Source: an uncultured Candidatus Saccharibacteria bacterium
Lineage (GTDB): Bacteria > Patescibacteriota > Minisyncoccia > Phycocordibacterales > JACOZG01
Reading direction: 5' to 3'
DNA: 64,000 nt
NCBI GenBank assembly: GCA_965230925.1
Contig: OZ246403.1
Coordinates: 3,367-67,366 of the forward strand
Below, piece by piece: positions 34,160 to 43,631 of this stretch. The stretch's first letter is position 1; the number at the start of each line of letters is the position of its first letter. A model generated the notes under the pieces. It did not search any database, had not been told where the DNA came from, and was given only the letters and a program-made list of their open reading frames with translations. A program made the position numbers and the translations under genes.

Positions 34160-35528
34160 GACAATTTTCATTACGGTGTCAAAAGACATTATTCGTCGGA
34201 ACATTCTGGATACCGATTTTTGGCAATTTTTTGTTAACGCAAACGTTAATAACAAAATTGTATTGCTTGTTGATAAGGGGCGTGAAGGTTATTACCGAGA
34301 GCGTTTTAATGGAACTAATGTTGTGGTAGAGGGATACGAACGCCAACCTCACCAGGGTTGGCGAAAACTTTTGTTTTTTCTTGCTCGAACTGGCATTCGT
34401 TCAAAAAGTAACACCTTTCATAGATGGCATGCTTATAAGAGGGGGAGGGCCTCGCTTGCGGTGACATTGTTGAAAAGCCTAGTTTCCAACACTTTTGTTC
34501 GGTGCGGTTGGTATAAAAAACTAATTAGATTGCTGATTCTAAAAACGCGGTCACCTCGAACAATTGAAAAAATATTTGAAACACATAAACCAAGTGTTGT
34601 TTTTACCCCATCTCTCATTGATGCCGACTTCGATGCCCCTTTTGCTGTTGAAGCAAAAAAAAGAAGAATATCAGTTGTGGGAATGGTCAGGAGTTGGGAT
34701 AACCTCAATCATCACGGGTTACTTACGGTTGTGCCAAATCATTTTGTCTTTCAAAACAAATGGCTCAAGTACGCGAGCAGGTATTTCCAGGCGGTTGAAA
34801 TTGAAAAAATTGAGACCACCATTATCGGTCTTCCTCACTATGATAGATACAAAAACCCCGGAGCAGTTTTGAAAGATCGAACATCTTTTTTTGAAAGTGT
34901 GGGTTTAGATCCAGATAAAAGACTAATCTTTTTGGGGGGTTCCGAATATTATTACAGTGAGGATTCTCTTGTGCGATGGTTGAACGAAATGATTGAGTCG
35001 AAGCAATTGAAACAGCCAGCCCAAGTTATGTTTAGGATGCACCCAAGCTCTATTTTTAAGGTTGAAGATTTTAGGCTGGAAAATTTACCCCACATTGTTC
35101 TAGACACTGCAACAACGCAAAAAGATGGTAGTCCGATTTTTACGGACACGGAGAAGTTTGTTAATTTGTTGTACTATTCTGATGTAACAATTAACATCGG
35201 GTCAACCCTTTCTATTGACGCTTCCGCTTTTGATCGTCCGGCTATTGCTATTGATTTTGATGACCCAGCAAAAAATTTGTCATATTGGGAATCAGTAAAG
35301 CGTTTTAACGATTATTTTGACCATCAAGTACGTTTGTTGCAGACAGGGGGAGTGAGCACTCCAGGTTCGCTGGGGCAACTAATACAATCAATTAACAATT
35401 ATTTTGAAAACCCGTTGCGTGACAATGAAGGAAGAAAGAAAGTTCTCGAAGAGTTTGCCGCCCCTTTCGATGGTAAGGCGGGGGAACGGCTAGCGTCCAC
35501 CTTCGATTCAACCTTAAATCAAACTTGA
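34143..35528 (+). CDS. CDP-glycerol glycerophosphotransferase-like (TagB/TagF family) protein (tentative; track ORF starts at 34065)
   Basis: The C-terminal motif VNLLYYSDVTINIGSTLSIDASAFDRPAIAIDFDD resembles Glyphos_transf (ITDYSS..fDf....kP). Confidence 0.35.
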   Translation: MPREIKTIFITVSKDIIRRNILDTDFWQFFVNANVNNKIVLLVDKGREGYYRERFNGTNVVVEGYERQPHQGWRKLLFFLARTGIRSKSNTFHRWHAYKRGRASLAVTLLKSLVSNTFVRCGWYKKLIRLLILKTRSPRTIEKIFETHKPSVVFTPSLIDADFDAPFAVEAKKRRISVVGMVRSWDNLNHHGLLTVVPNHFVFQNKWLKYASRYFQAVEIEKIETTIIGLPHYDRYKNPGAVLKDRTSFFESVGLDPDKRLIFLGGSEYYYSEDSLVRWLNEMIESKQLKQPAQVMFRMHPSSIFKVEDFRLENLPHIVLDTATTQKDGSPIFTDTEKFVNLLYYSDVTINIGSTLSIDASAFDRPAIAIDFDDPAKNLSYWESVKRFNDYFDHQVRLLQTGGVSTPGSLGQLIQSINNYFENPLRDNEGRKKVLEEFAAPFDGKAGERLASTFDSTLNQT

Positions 35529-35543
35529 CCAGAGTCTACTTAT

Positions 35544-36686
35544 GTGCTAGTGTGTAGGGGCACTAGCTCGGTGCTGGTGTGTTTTTCCGCGATGGGTCGC
35601 GGTGGATTGTCCTTTGAGAATTTGGAGGTGTTTGTGGCCAAGATTGTTTTGGTGGCTCGTGATGCCGCACCATCAGGTTGTTTCAGTCGTCTAGAACCCG
35701 TCCTTAGAGAACGTGGGTTTGAGGTAGAGCTTTTTGTGGGAGCGGGTAAGCCGCTTGTTCAATCTGTTAAACGGATTGAACAAGCCACCTCTGTTTCTAC
35801 GATTGTTCTTCTGGGCATGTCATCCTCAGCTGAACTGGCTGAACCAGAGCTTGTTGCTGGGCGTTCTGCTTTGGAAGCCGGCATACGTTACGGTTTCTAT
35901 GGAGACGTGCCGCGGTGTTGGGCACGAGCCCGTCCCGGAGCTTGGTTCGAGGAGCTGGCCAGTAGCACGTCATTTTATCTTGGTATTACTGATAATGATG
36001 CTGAGGGTGCTCGGGAGGTGTTTACCTCTGCTCTCTGTGTTGGCACTGGTAATCCGCTCCGCGAGGACATGGCCTTCCCACGTCTAACGCGAGAAGATGT
36101 GCGGAAAAAACTCGGAGTCAGTGACGAACATAAGTTGATCTTAGCCTCTGGCGATAAATTTGCCGCTGGGAACATGGTTACGTGGGCGACACTGATAGGA
36201 ACGATCCTTCGTTTCAAGGAGCAGGAAATTCAGCTCCTGTTAACTCTCCATCCTGGAGATCGCACGGACCTGAAGCTTTACGACGAACTTGTTGAGTTAA
36301 GTTCTGTGCCAACGAGGATTATCCCGAGAGATGTCTTAACTGGTTCGGAAATGATCCCGGGCGTCGATCTGGTGGTAGACTTTGGTGGTTCGATAGGGAT
36401 TGAGGCGGCGTACTCTCGTGTTCCGGTGATCAGTTTGGAGTTCGAGGTTTTGTTTATTAGCCTTGAGCGTAAGAATGGTAACCGTCTGCGCGAGGCGGTG
36501 GAAGCAGGTGCTGCAATGGGTGTTGACCCTGCTGGTTTGGAGGAAGCTATCCGCCTTCTCCTCGGTCCTGAAGGAGTCGCAAATATGAAAAAGCGACAGG
36601 AGACCTCTTATCCAAAACCGATTGAGAGGGGCGTAGCCCTCAAGAGGATCGCTGACGCCATCACACGAATTGCGCAGGTGGAATAG
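35544..36686 (+). CDS. Hypothetical GT-B-fold-like protein (possible glycosyltransferase or UDP-sugar 2-epimerase-like) in the higher-GC island (alternative start 35592)
   Basis: KIVLVARDAAPSG ... DLVVDFGGSIGIEAAYSRVPVISLE is reminiscent of GT-B C-terminal nucleotide-sugar-binding folds. No firm family. Confidence 0.25.
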   Translation: MLVCRGTSSVLVCFSAMGRGGLSFENLEVFVAKIVLVARDAAPSGCFSRLEPVLRERGFEVELFVGAGKPLVQSVKRIEQATSVSTIVLLGMSSSAELAEPELVAGRSALEAGIRYGFYGDVPRCWARARPGAWFEELASSTSFYLGITDNDAEGAREVFTSALCVGTGNPLREDMAFPRLTREDVRKKLGVSDEHKLILASGDKFAAGNMVTWATLIGTILRFKEQEIQLLLTLHPGDRTDLKLYDELVELSSVPTRIIPRDVLTGSEMIPGVDLVVDFGGSIGIEAAYSRVPVISLEFEVLFISLERKNGNRLREAVEAGAAMGVDPAGLEEAIRLLLGPEGVANMKKRQETSYPKPIERGVALKRIADAITRIAQVE

Positions 36687-36715
36687 TTCAAAGTCAGTCG
36701 TTTCGGTATATTCTA

Positions 36716-36746
36716 GAGGCCCGATCTTTCGGGCCTCTTTATTTTT
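36716..36746 (+). terminator. Rho-independent terminator (GAGGCCCGA-tcttt-CGGGCCTC followed by TTTATTTTT)
   Basis: An 8-9-bp GC-rich stem followed by a T-rich run. Confidence 0.6.
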
Positions 36747-37176
36747 GATTTGAAAGGGGAACTTTTATGAGAATTAAACGCGCTGTGCCAGATGAGCTGT
36801 CTTGGTGGGGGACGCCGGCTGAGACCCATAGCCATTCTCCTTGGCGTAGAACGTGTTCGGTGCCGCCGTGCATTAATTTTGCTTTAAGTTCGTTCGGATC
36901 ATCATTCCCGTTCGATTGTTTAACGTGCCGTGGTTCTATTAATTCTCCTCCACACCTGAAAGTTACTTCACCCTCTAAACAAAACCAAAGATCAGCTTCT
37001 CTCATGTGTACCTCAGCCTCGTTGTTTTCAGTTTGATGGTTTTCTATAATTTTTATTGGCAAATTATTTTCTTTTGCAAAGGTGCGGAACGGTTCAAGAC
37101 TTTTTTTGCCAGGAGTTGATGTTACCGCCAGAGTCTCTTCGACTTGTTTTTTTGTGATATGGACGACCGTGTTCAT
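36739..37176 (-). CDS. Cupin-domain protein (ORF extends to 37221)
   Basis: EVHMREADLWFCLEGEVTFRCGGE...LRQGEWLWVSAGVPHQ fits a cupin beta-barrel. Confidence 0.4.
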   Translation of the reverse strand: MNTVVHITKKQVEETLAVTSTPGKKSLEPFRTFAKENNLPIKIIENHQTENNEAEVHMREADLWFCLEGEVTFRCGGELIEPRHVKQSNGNDDPNELKAKLMHGGTEHVLRQGEWLWVSAGVPHQDSSSGTARLILIKVPLSNQK

Positions 37177-37309
37177 AATATTTATTTTAGCAGTCCGCAG
37201 GAGGCGACGCACTCTGGACAAAAAATTAAAGAGGTGTTATGTTGGTCGTCTGCCCGGAGTGTTCTGGGTAAGCGTTTTTCGCGAACGGGTCGTGAGAGTA
37301 ACTTGAAAA

Positions 37310-38338
37310 TTGAGGAGAGATCACTTGGATCAACGAAACATAATCGTTGTTTGTCTAATGCTTGCTACGGCCCTTTTTATTGGCTGTCACGGTGTGATTC
37401 AGAGATGGATGTTTCGAGATAAAAGATTCTCGCAACGCGAAGTCTTAATCTGGCAGAATGTGGTGGCGGCGGGTATCTTTCTCGCGGTGGCGCTTTCCAC
37501 TGACTTTGGTGTTGACCCCCTTGCCCAGCATAACCTGGTCTTTTGGGGGGCAATCTCGCTTACCACAATTGCTAACATTGGCATCCAATCAGCCAACGCT
37601 TACGCACGCGGGTTGGCTGAAGTTTCGTTAACTTCGCCGATTCAGGCGCTAACACCGGCTTTGGTAACTGTTGCAGCCTTGTTGTTGAAGGAGTTGCCGT
37701 CAGCGGTTGGTGTAGTGGGTATTCTGATGATCAGTTTTGGAATCTTTGTTCACCTGAACGAGAGTGCCGAACACTGGCGCGACTACTTGCGGCCATTTAA
37801 GTTGTGGCGGCTGCCACCCAATTACCCACAATTGGGGTCGGAGGAAAAACGTTGGGCGCGCAATAATCGTCGAGCACTTATTCTATCGTACGTCTCGGCC
37901 GTTCTTGGGACAGTTGGCTTACTTGGTGACAGTGTTTCCTCGCGTACTGGTAATGTTGCCATCGGTTTTACGGTACACCTCGCGGTTTTGGCTCTTGTTT
38001 TTGCGGTTGTTTTGCCGCGGAACCATCAGCTGTCGTTAGAAGTGACCAAGCCAGTTGGTTGGCGTTATTGGTTACCGGTTGTCGCGGCCGGAGCAGTGTT
38101 TGCCTTGGTTGTACTTTTACCTCTGATTGCTTTTCGGTTTGCACCCGTGGCGTATGTTGGCTCACTAAAGCGTTTGGGTATTTTGGCCACGGTCATTCTT
38201 GGTTGGTTGTTCTTAGGCGAAGTCAAGGCAAAGCGTCGTTTGATACCAGCAACCATTGTGGTTATTGGGGCTATGTTGCTGTTCTTTGACCCGGCTTCTA
38301 GGAAGATTGTTGAGGCTGCGGCAGAGACGTTCAAGTGA
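37310..38338 (+). CDS. EamA/DMT-superfamily membrane transporter (about 10 TM)
   Basis: Polytopic and hydrophobic with an internal two-domain repeat of TM bundles. Could be a nucleotide-sugar or metabolite transporter. Confidence 0.4.
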   Translation: MRRDHLDQRNIIVVCLMLATALFIGCHGVIQRWMFRDKRFSQREVLIWQNVVAAGIFLAVALSTDFGVDPLAQHNLVFWGAISLTTIANIGIQSANAYARGLAEVSLTSPIQALTPALVTVAALLLKELPSAVGVVGILMISFGIFVHLNESAEHWRDYLRPFKLWRLPPNYPQLGSEEKRWARNNRRALILSYVSAVLGTVGLLGDSVSSRTGNVAIGFTVHLAVLALVFAVVLPRNHQLSLEVTKPVGWRYWLPVVAAGAVFALVVLLPLIAFRFAPVAYVGSLKRLGILATVILGWLFLGEVKAKRRLIPATIVVIGAMLLFFDPASRKIVEAAAETFK

Positions 38339-38426
38339 AATTGGTTCGGAGGTTTTAACCCACAGGGCTTGCTGTAAGCGAGCCCTTTTTGTTGCTCGTA
38401 AACGGAGAATTTGTTATTTTGATGAT

Positions 38427-39110
38427 ATGCAAAACAAATTTACCGCGGTTGTTCCTGCGCGCGGGGGCAGCCGTCGACTAAAGGATAAACACACTATTCC
38501 ATATGCTGGGAGCAATCTTTTAATCCACAAGATTCGTCAGCTAAAGAGGGTTGAGTCAATTGATAGTATTGTGGTTTCATCAGACTCAGACACGATGCTT
38601 GAAATGGCCAAAAATGAAGGGGTGCTGACTCACAAAAGATCTCCAGAATACTGTGATGAAGAAACAAAAAGTTTCGGTGAGGTGGTCAAGCATGTTTGTG
38701 AGAGTGTGGTGGGAGAAAACATTGTTTGGGCGCAGTGCACTTCACCCTTGGTGGTGCCGTCCCAATATAAAGATACAATTAGTGTTTATTTGGATAATTT
38801 AGGCAAACATGATTCTCTTGCTTCGGTTGAGGCGTTCAGAAGGCATCTTTGGGATGACAACGGCCCGGTTAATTACGAAAGAGGTAAGATGCATCCGCCA
38901 TCACAGAAGTTGCCTCAAATGTATTTCGTAACGGGGGTTTTTATTGCTCCTCGTAAAAAAATGATTGAGTGGTATCACAACATTGGCCCCAATCCCTATA
39001 AATACATTTTACCGAGGACAAGTTGCGTTGACATTGATGATGAGCTAGACTTTGATTTGGCTAAGCTCTGGCACGATAGGGCGTGTGATTGTTTGGTGAA
39101 AGGAAAATAA
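38427..39110 (+). CDS. Acylneuraminate (nonulosonic acid) cytidylyltransferase family protein (CTP_transf_3; NeuA/PseF/KdsB-like)
   Basis: N-terminus AVVPARGGSRRLKDKHTIPYAGSNLLIHKI is the hallmark of CMP-sugar synthetases of this family. Confidence 0.6.
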   Translation: MQNKFTAVVPARGGSRRLKDKHTIPYAGSNLLIHKIRQLKRVESIDSIVVSSDSDTMLEMAKNEGVLTHKRSPEYCDEETKSFGEVVKHVCESVVGENIVWAQCTSPLVVPSQYKDTISVYLDNLGKHDSLASVEAFRRHLWDDNGPVNYERGKMHPPSQKLPQMYFVTGVFIAPRKKMIEWYHNIGPNPYKYILPRTSCVDIDDELDFDLAKLWHDRACDCLVKGK

Positions 39111-39112
39111 AT

Positions 39113-39775
39113 ATGGCAATAAAAGTCGTGTCCTTTGATTTTGATGGGGTTTTTGTTCTTGATTCGGATGCTGTGTTCAAGAAAGAAGCTTGGGGAATTG
39201 TCTTTGAAGGTTACGGAGAAGGCCGTTATCGACCCCTTCTTGATGAGGGTAATCGGCGGTATGGCTCAGGTAAGCCGGGGGGGCGAGTAGAAATCATGGC
39301 ATATGTTTTTGCTGGATTGGGTAAACCTGAAATGGAAATACCGGGCCTTGTTGAAGAAGCAGCCAAGGTGTTCGACAATCATGTTCAGGCCAGAATTTTA
39401 GAGGCTGGCTTAGTGTCGGGGACACGAGAAGCCCTTGAAGAGTTAAGACGTCGAGGCCTTTCTTTATATCTTAATTCTGGAACTGCCACTAGGGCTCTCG
39501 AGCTTAGTGCCCGCAACCTTAACATCTCCCAGTTCTTTGGTGGTATTTTTGGAAGCACAAGGGGCAAGACAGACAATCTTCGGACAATGTCCGAACGGGA
39601 GTCTGTTGGGCCACAAGAAATTTTAGTGGTTGGAGATGGTGATTCTGATAGGGTTGCTGCCGAAGAGTTCGGAGCGCCTTTTCTGGGGGTAGCCAATCGT
39701 TGGAATAAGTGGGCGAATACAAAAAAAGAATTCCCTCTCATTGACCACTTGTCCCAAGTTTGTCAATTTGTTTAA
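39113..39775 (+). CDS. HAD-superfamily hydrolase/phosphatase
   Basis: Motif I VVSFDFDGVFV (DxDG). C-terminal motif GDGDSD. Confidence 0.6.
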   Translation: MAIKVVSFDFDGVFVLDSDAVFKKEAWGIVFEGYGEGRYRPLLDEGNRRYGSGKPGGRVEIMAYVFAGLGKPEMEIPGLVEEAAKVFDNHVQARILEAGLVSGTREALEELRRRGLSLYLNSGTATRALELSARNLNISQFFGGIFGSTRGKTDNLRTMSERESVGPQEILVVGDGDSDRVAAEEFGAPFLGVANRWNKWANTKKEFPLIDHLSQVCQFV

Positions 39776-39835
39776 TCTTGAGGAGTGGTCAACCGTTGTG
39801 GCCGCTCCTTTTTGTTTGTGGTAGGATAAAGTCCT

Positions 39836-40933
39836 ATGAGTATTTCTTTAACCACCAACATTAAAAGATTGTTTAGTTTATTGCCAGCCAAAGTAAAAAT
39901 TCAAGATTTTTATGTTGGCGAAGGACGACCCGTTTTTGTGGTTGCGGAGATAGGCAACAACCATAATGGAGATTTTAATTTAGCTCTCAAAACAATTTTG
40001 GCGGCAAAAGAGTCTGGTGCCAATGCGGTTAAATTTCAAAGGCGAACGGTAGACGAGGTCTTCACTAAAGAAATGCGAGATATGCCTTATAATAATCCGC
40101 GATCATTGGCGCCCACCTACGGGGAGCACAGAGAAAAGCTGGAATTTTCTCCTCAGCAGTTGGTTGGTCTTAAGGATTATGCCGAAGATCTTGGCTTGGT
40201 GTTCTTCGTAACTCCCTTTGACCAAAAAAGCGCGGATTTTTTAGAGTCAATTGATGTGCATGCGTATAAGATCTCCTCTTTTGATGTTACCAACTTGCCG
40301 CTCCTAGAACACGTTGCCAAGAAGAACAAACCAATTTTGTTGTCAACCGGCATGTCGACCATCGAGGAAATCGACCAAGCAATCGAATGCATATTGTCCT
40401 ACAATAATCGTTTAATTGTGAATCATTGCACCTCTATTTATCCAACGCCAGATGATAAGATTGATCTCCAGATAGTTCAAACACTAACCGAGCGTTATCG
40501 ACCTCTTCCGGTTGGCTACTCTGGCCACGAGCCTGATATTTTGCCAACTATTATGTCGGTTGGGTTGGGGGCAAAAACAGTGGAGCGTCATTTTACTTTA
40601 GATAAGAACATGCGCGGATCCGACCATCACATGTCTATTGAACCTTCAGAATTTAAAAAAATGGTTGACCGAATTCGCCGGGCTGAGGTTTTTTTGGGTT
40701 CTTCTAAGAAACAAATACACGAACAAGAAGTGCCTATAAGAGAAAAGCACGCCAAAAGCATTGTGACAAAAAGAGAAATTAAAAAAGGAGAAACCATTAC
40801 AAAGGACGCAGTTTCTTTCAAAAGCCCTGGTTATGGTTTTAAACCAGCCCTTCTTCACCGTGTTGTTGGTCGGAAGGCGAACCAAGACTTGCCTGTTGAT
40901 ACGGTGATCCTAGAGAAGTTTTTGGGTTCTTAG
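39836..40933 (+). CDS. neuB: N-acetylneuraminate (nonulosonic acid) synthase, NeuB/PseI/LegI family with a C-terminal SAF domain
   Basis: VAEIGNNHNGDFNLALKTILAAKESGANAVKFQ. HCTSIYPTP. C-terminal SAF domain KREIKKGETITKDAVSFKSPGYG. Confidence 0.7.
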   Translation: MSISLTTNIKRLFSLLPAKVKIQDFYVGEGRPVFVVAEIGNNHNGDFNLALKTILAAKESGANAVKFQRRTVDEVFTKEMRDMPYNNPRSLAPTYGEHREKLEFSPQQLVGLKDYAEDLGLVFFVTPFDQKSADFLESIDVHAYKISSFDVTNLPLLEHVAKKNKPILLSTGMSTIEEIDQAIECILSYNNRLIVNHCTSIYPTPDDKIDLQIVQTLTERYRPLPVGYSGHEPDILPTIMSVGLGAKTVERHFTLDKNMRGSDHHMSIEPSEFKKMVDRIRRAEVFLGSSKKQIHEQEVPIREKHAKSIVTKREIKKGETITKDAVSFKSPGYGFKPALLHRVVGRKANQDLPVDTVILEKFLGS

Positions 40934-42314
40934 GTTTTTTCCATTTTTCTATTAAAAAAACCAAACCATATCCCCCGAACACAAAAATAATAGGAGTTGC
41001 TTTGTAGCGGTGTCGCCCGTGATCACTAAAACCAACTGAGATTGTTCCGAGCCAATAAATAACCACTAGGGTTGCTAAGAAAAAGGCCACAAACCTTCTG
41101 GGGTTGTTTTTTTTACTCGCCGTGATAATCCCCACCAGCATTAAAATTGTTATCGTGATCCAAAGGAGTCTTCCCGCAACTGGAACTGTAGCTAAAAATC
41201 CCATTAGGTTCCAAACCCTAGTCATTAGTTCTATAGGACCATCTTTTAGGAGAACTAAGGAAGGAGAAAAAGATAGTTCTATGTTTTTTATTATCCCGTA
41301 GTGTCTCAGATAGGTCGTATATAAGTCTTGAGTGAAAAATGTCATGGTGTTTATAAACAAAACCCCAACCCCTTCTGCTGGGTTTTCCAAAACGATCTTC
41401 CAGCCCTCTTGAACCAAGAGTTTGCCCAGCCCCGGGTCGGTTGTTATGACATCCTCGTCCACGGTGTATTTCTGAGAAAAATCTAGCCTGAGTTGTTTTT
41501 GAACCTCGTGGATAGGTTGGCCAGTCTTGAGACTGATTATAGATGGGGCCAAACTCGAATAAACGTTTCTTATTCCCGTTGTCGCGATTGAGGCGGAGCC
41601 AAAACGGACGTGGTTTCTTACCAACCAGGGTGAGACGACCATGAAAAAAGTAAAAGTAAACACAAGGAAAGTCATACCAAGTCCGGGGTGAACCATCTTC
41701 TTTTTGAACGATTTGACGACAAAAAAACATAACATCACTATGCAGATAAGCACAGAAATATAATAAGTTTCTGGTCTGGTTAATGAGGATAGACCAAGAA
41801 GCAAACCAGCCAAAGCGACGTTTTTCCATGTTGGCTCTTGAAAAACTCTAGTTAAGAGGAAAATTCCAGCTGCACCAAGGAATGTTGCGATGGTGTCTGT
41901 AAGTAAGGTTGTGCTCAGGTAAATTGAAAGTGGTTCAAAAGCCATCAAAAAAGCAGCAAAATTGGCCGCCCGGTAATTGTTTGAAAGGGCAAATCCAATT
42001 TTCCACACAAAGAGAACCGTTAGAGATGCAAGGGTTACTTGTAATAAGAGGAGCGGTACGATTGAACCACTTAGTCCAACCGAGATTGCGATAAGAAAGG
42101 GGTAAAATGGGGGAAAGCGACTTCCTGGGATAAAAGGCGCAGCTGTTTCTTGAGAAAAGCCGTGTCCAGAAAGTAGGTTTATTCCTGTTTGGTAAAATCC
42201 CCACGAGTCAGACAAAAAGAAACCCTCAGAACCAGAGCCGTTGTAAATTGCGAGTAGTAGCAGCAATCTTATTAACAGGGCCAGGCAAACAATTAAGACC
42301 ACGCGTTTTATCAT
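40839..42314 (-). CDS. ArnT/PMT-like GT-C (GT39/GT83-type) polytopic membrane glycosyltransferase. Its 3' end overlaps neuB convergently by about 95 nt.
   Basis: About 12 TM. The N-terminus MIKRVVLIVCLALLIRLLLLLAIYNGSGSEGFFLSDSWGFY is typical of ArnT/PMT_2 family proteins. Confidence 0.5.
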   Translation of the reverse strand: MIKRVVLIVCLALLIRLLLLLAIYNGSGSEGFFLSDSWGFYQTGINLLSGHGFSQETAAPFIPGSRFPPFYPFLIAISVGLSGSIVPLLLLQVTLASLTVLFVWKIGFALSNNYRAANFAAFLMAFEPLSIYLSTTLLTDTIATFLGAAGIFLLTRVFQEPTWKNVALAGLLLGLSSLTRPETYYISVLICIVMLCFFVVKSFKKKMVHPGLGMTFLVFTFTFFMVVSPWLVRNHVRFGSASIATTGIRNVYSSLAPSIISLKTGQPIHEVQKQLRLDFSQKYTVDEDVITTDPGLGKLLVQEGWKIVLENPAEGVGVLFINTMTFFTQDLYTTYLRHYGIIKNIELSFSPSLVLLKDGPIELMTRVWNLMGFLATVPVAGRLLWITITILMLVGIITASKKNNPRRFVAFFLATLVVIYWLGTISVGFSDHGRHRYKATPIIFVFGGYGLVFLIEKWKKPKNPKTSLGSPYQQASLGSPSDQQHGEEGLV

Positions 42315-42364
42315 ATTCAGATTTTAACCCAACACGGCCGGCGGGAAGGATTGATTTTTTTTCG

Positions 42365-43315
42365 ATGGCATGCTTTATTATTGTTATGTTGTCAGTGGTT
42401 GTTCCGTTTTATAACGAAGAAAAAACGGTCGGTGAATTGCACCGGGGTATTTTTTCTGCCTTAAGTAATATGGGGGTGGGTTTCGAAATAATCTTTATTG
42501 ATGATGGTTCTACAGATGACACTTGGGTGGAGATCAAAAAGTTAAACAAGGTGATAGCCGTTCGTCTAAAGAGGAATTTTGGTCAGACGGTTGCTTTGAG
42601 CCATGGTTTGGCGCGAGTAAAAAATGAAATTGTTGTGACTATGGATAGCGATCTTGAAAATTTACCCGAAGATATTCCCCGTTTAGTGGCTAAACTAAAG
42701 GAAGGCTACGATGTGGTTTGTGGTTGGAGAAAAAACAGGTGGTCTCAAGAGTTTTTCACAAGAAAGCTACCGTCTTATTTTGCCAACCTTTTTATCTCTG
42801 TGGTGAGCGGTGTTAATTTACACGATCATGGTTGCGGGTTGAGGGCCTACAAAAGAAAGGTTTTTGAGGATGTCAGTTTCAATGGAGACATGCACAGAAT
42901 GTTGGCAATATATCTAGGAATAAACGGATCAAAAATAGTTGAAATTCCGGTTTCCTTTGTTCCTAGAAAACACGGGGTTTCGAAGTATGGTCTTTCTCGT
43001 ACTTTCAAGGTGATCTTGGACATAGTAGCTTTCTTTTTCTTTAAAAAGTTTTCTAACCGACCAATGCATTTCTTTGGATATTTCGGTTTTATAAGCATTG
43101 GTTTGGGGTTTTTGGCCTTTCTGTATTCATTATACTTAAAATTTTTTGAAGCAACCCAATTGAACCGCACCCCTCTTCCTGAGCTGGTTGCCATTCTTGT
43201 CGTTGTTGGGTTCCAGTTTGTGCTAATGGGGCTTGTGGCAGAATTAATTACTAGGTCTGGGCCCAAAAGTGGTAAAATAAACCAGGATGAAGTTGGAGAA
43301 GAAATCCACAATTGA
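42365..43315 (+). CDS. GT2 glycosyltransferase, polyprenyl-phosphate sugar synthase type (ArnC/DPM1-like) with C-terminal TM helices (track ORF starts at 42248)
   Basis: LSVVVPFYNEE...FEIIFIDDGSTDDT...MDSDLEN(P): D..DD..D and DxD motifs. Two C-terminal TM helices as in ArnC/GtrB. Confidence 0.65.
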   Translation: MACFIIVMLSVVVPFYNEEKTVGELHRGIFSALSNMGVGFEIIFIDDGSTDDTWVEIKKLNKVIAVRLKRNFGQTVALSHGLARVKNEIVVTMDSDLENLPEDIPRLVAKLKEGYDVVCGWRKNRWSQEFFTRKLPSYFANLFISVVSGVNLHDHGCGLRAYKRKVFEDVSFNGDMHRMLAIYLGINGSKIVEIPVSFVPRKHGVSKYGLSRTFKVILDIVAFFFFKKFSNRPMHFFGYFGFISIGLGFLAFLYSLYLKFFEATQLNRTPLPELVAILVVVGFQFVLMGLVAELITRSGPKSGKINQDEVGEEIHN

Positions 43316-43529
43316 TCTCTTGAAAAAAATTCCTCTGGTGAATTTTTTTTGGGAAAAAAGCTTTTTCCATTACCTGTGGACGGGTGGAGTTTTTACGGTT
43401 TTAAATATCTTTTTAGTTTGGTTACTAATTGATTTTTTGAAGGTTCCAACCATAGTTTCCACAACCGTTGTAATCGGGGGCTTGTTTGTATTAAGATACG
43501 TTTTTTATCGGTGGTTAAAAATTTTGTAA
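43287..43529 (+). CDS. GtrA-family small membrane protein (putative lipid-linked sugar translocase subunit)
   Basis: 80 aa. HYLWTGGVFTVLNIFLVWLLIDFLKVPTIVSTTVVIGGLFVLRYVFYRW matches GtrA-like proteins. Immediately downstream of the GT2 gene. Confidence 0.55.
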   Translation: MKLEKKSTIDLLKKIPLVNFFWEKSFFHYLWTGGVFTVLNIFLVWLLIDFLKVPTIVSTTVVIGGLFVLRYVFYRWLKIL

Positions 43530-43631
43530 AACCACTAAATACTTAGGAGCAGTGTTTGAAGTGACGATATTGACTATTTGTCTTAGGTGCTATAGTGTTT
43601 TTTTGAACAGCAAACAGCTCGTGGAGTTGTT

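Noticed and set aside
41218-43311. ORFs 41218..41829 (-) and 42847..43311 (-) inside or opposite the GT-C and GT2 genes
   Set aside because: They are alternative frames or antisense of genes with strong family signatures and have no features of their own.
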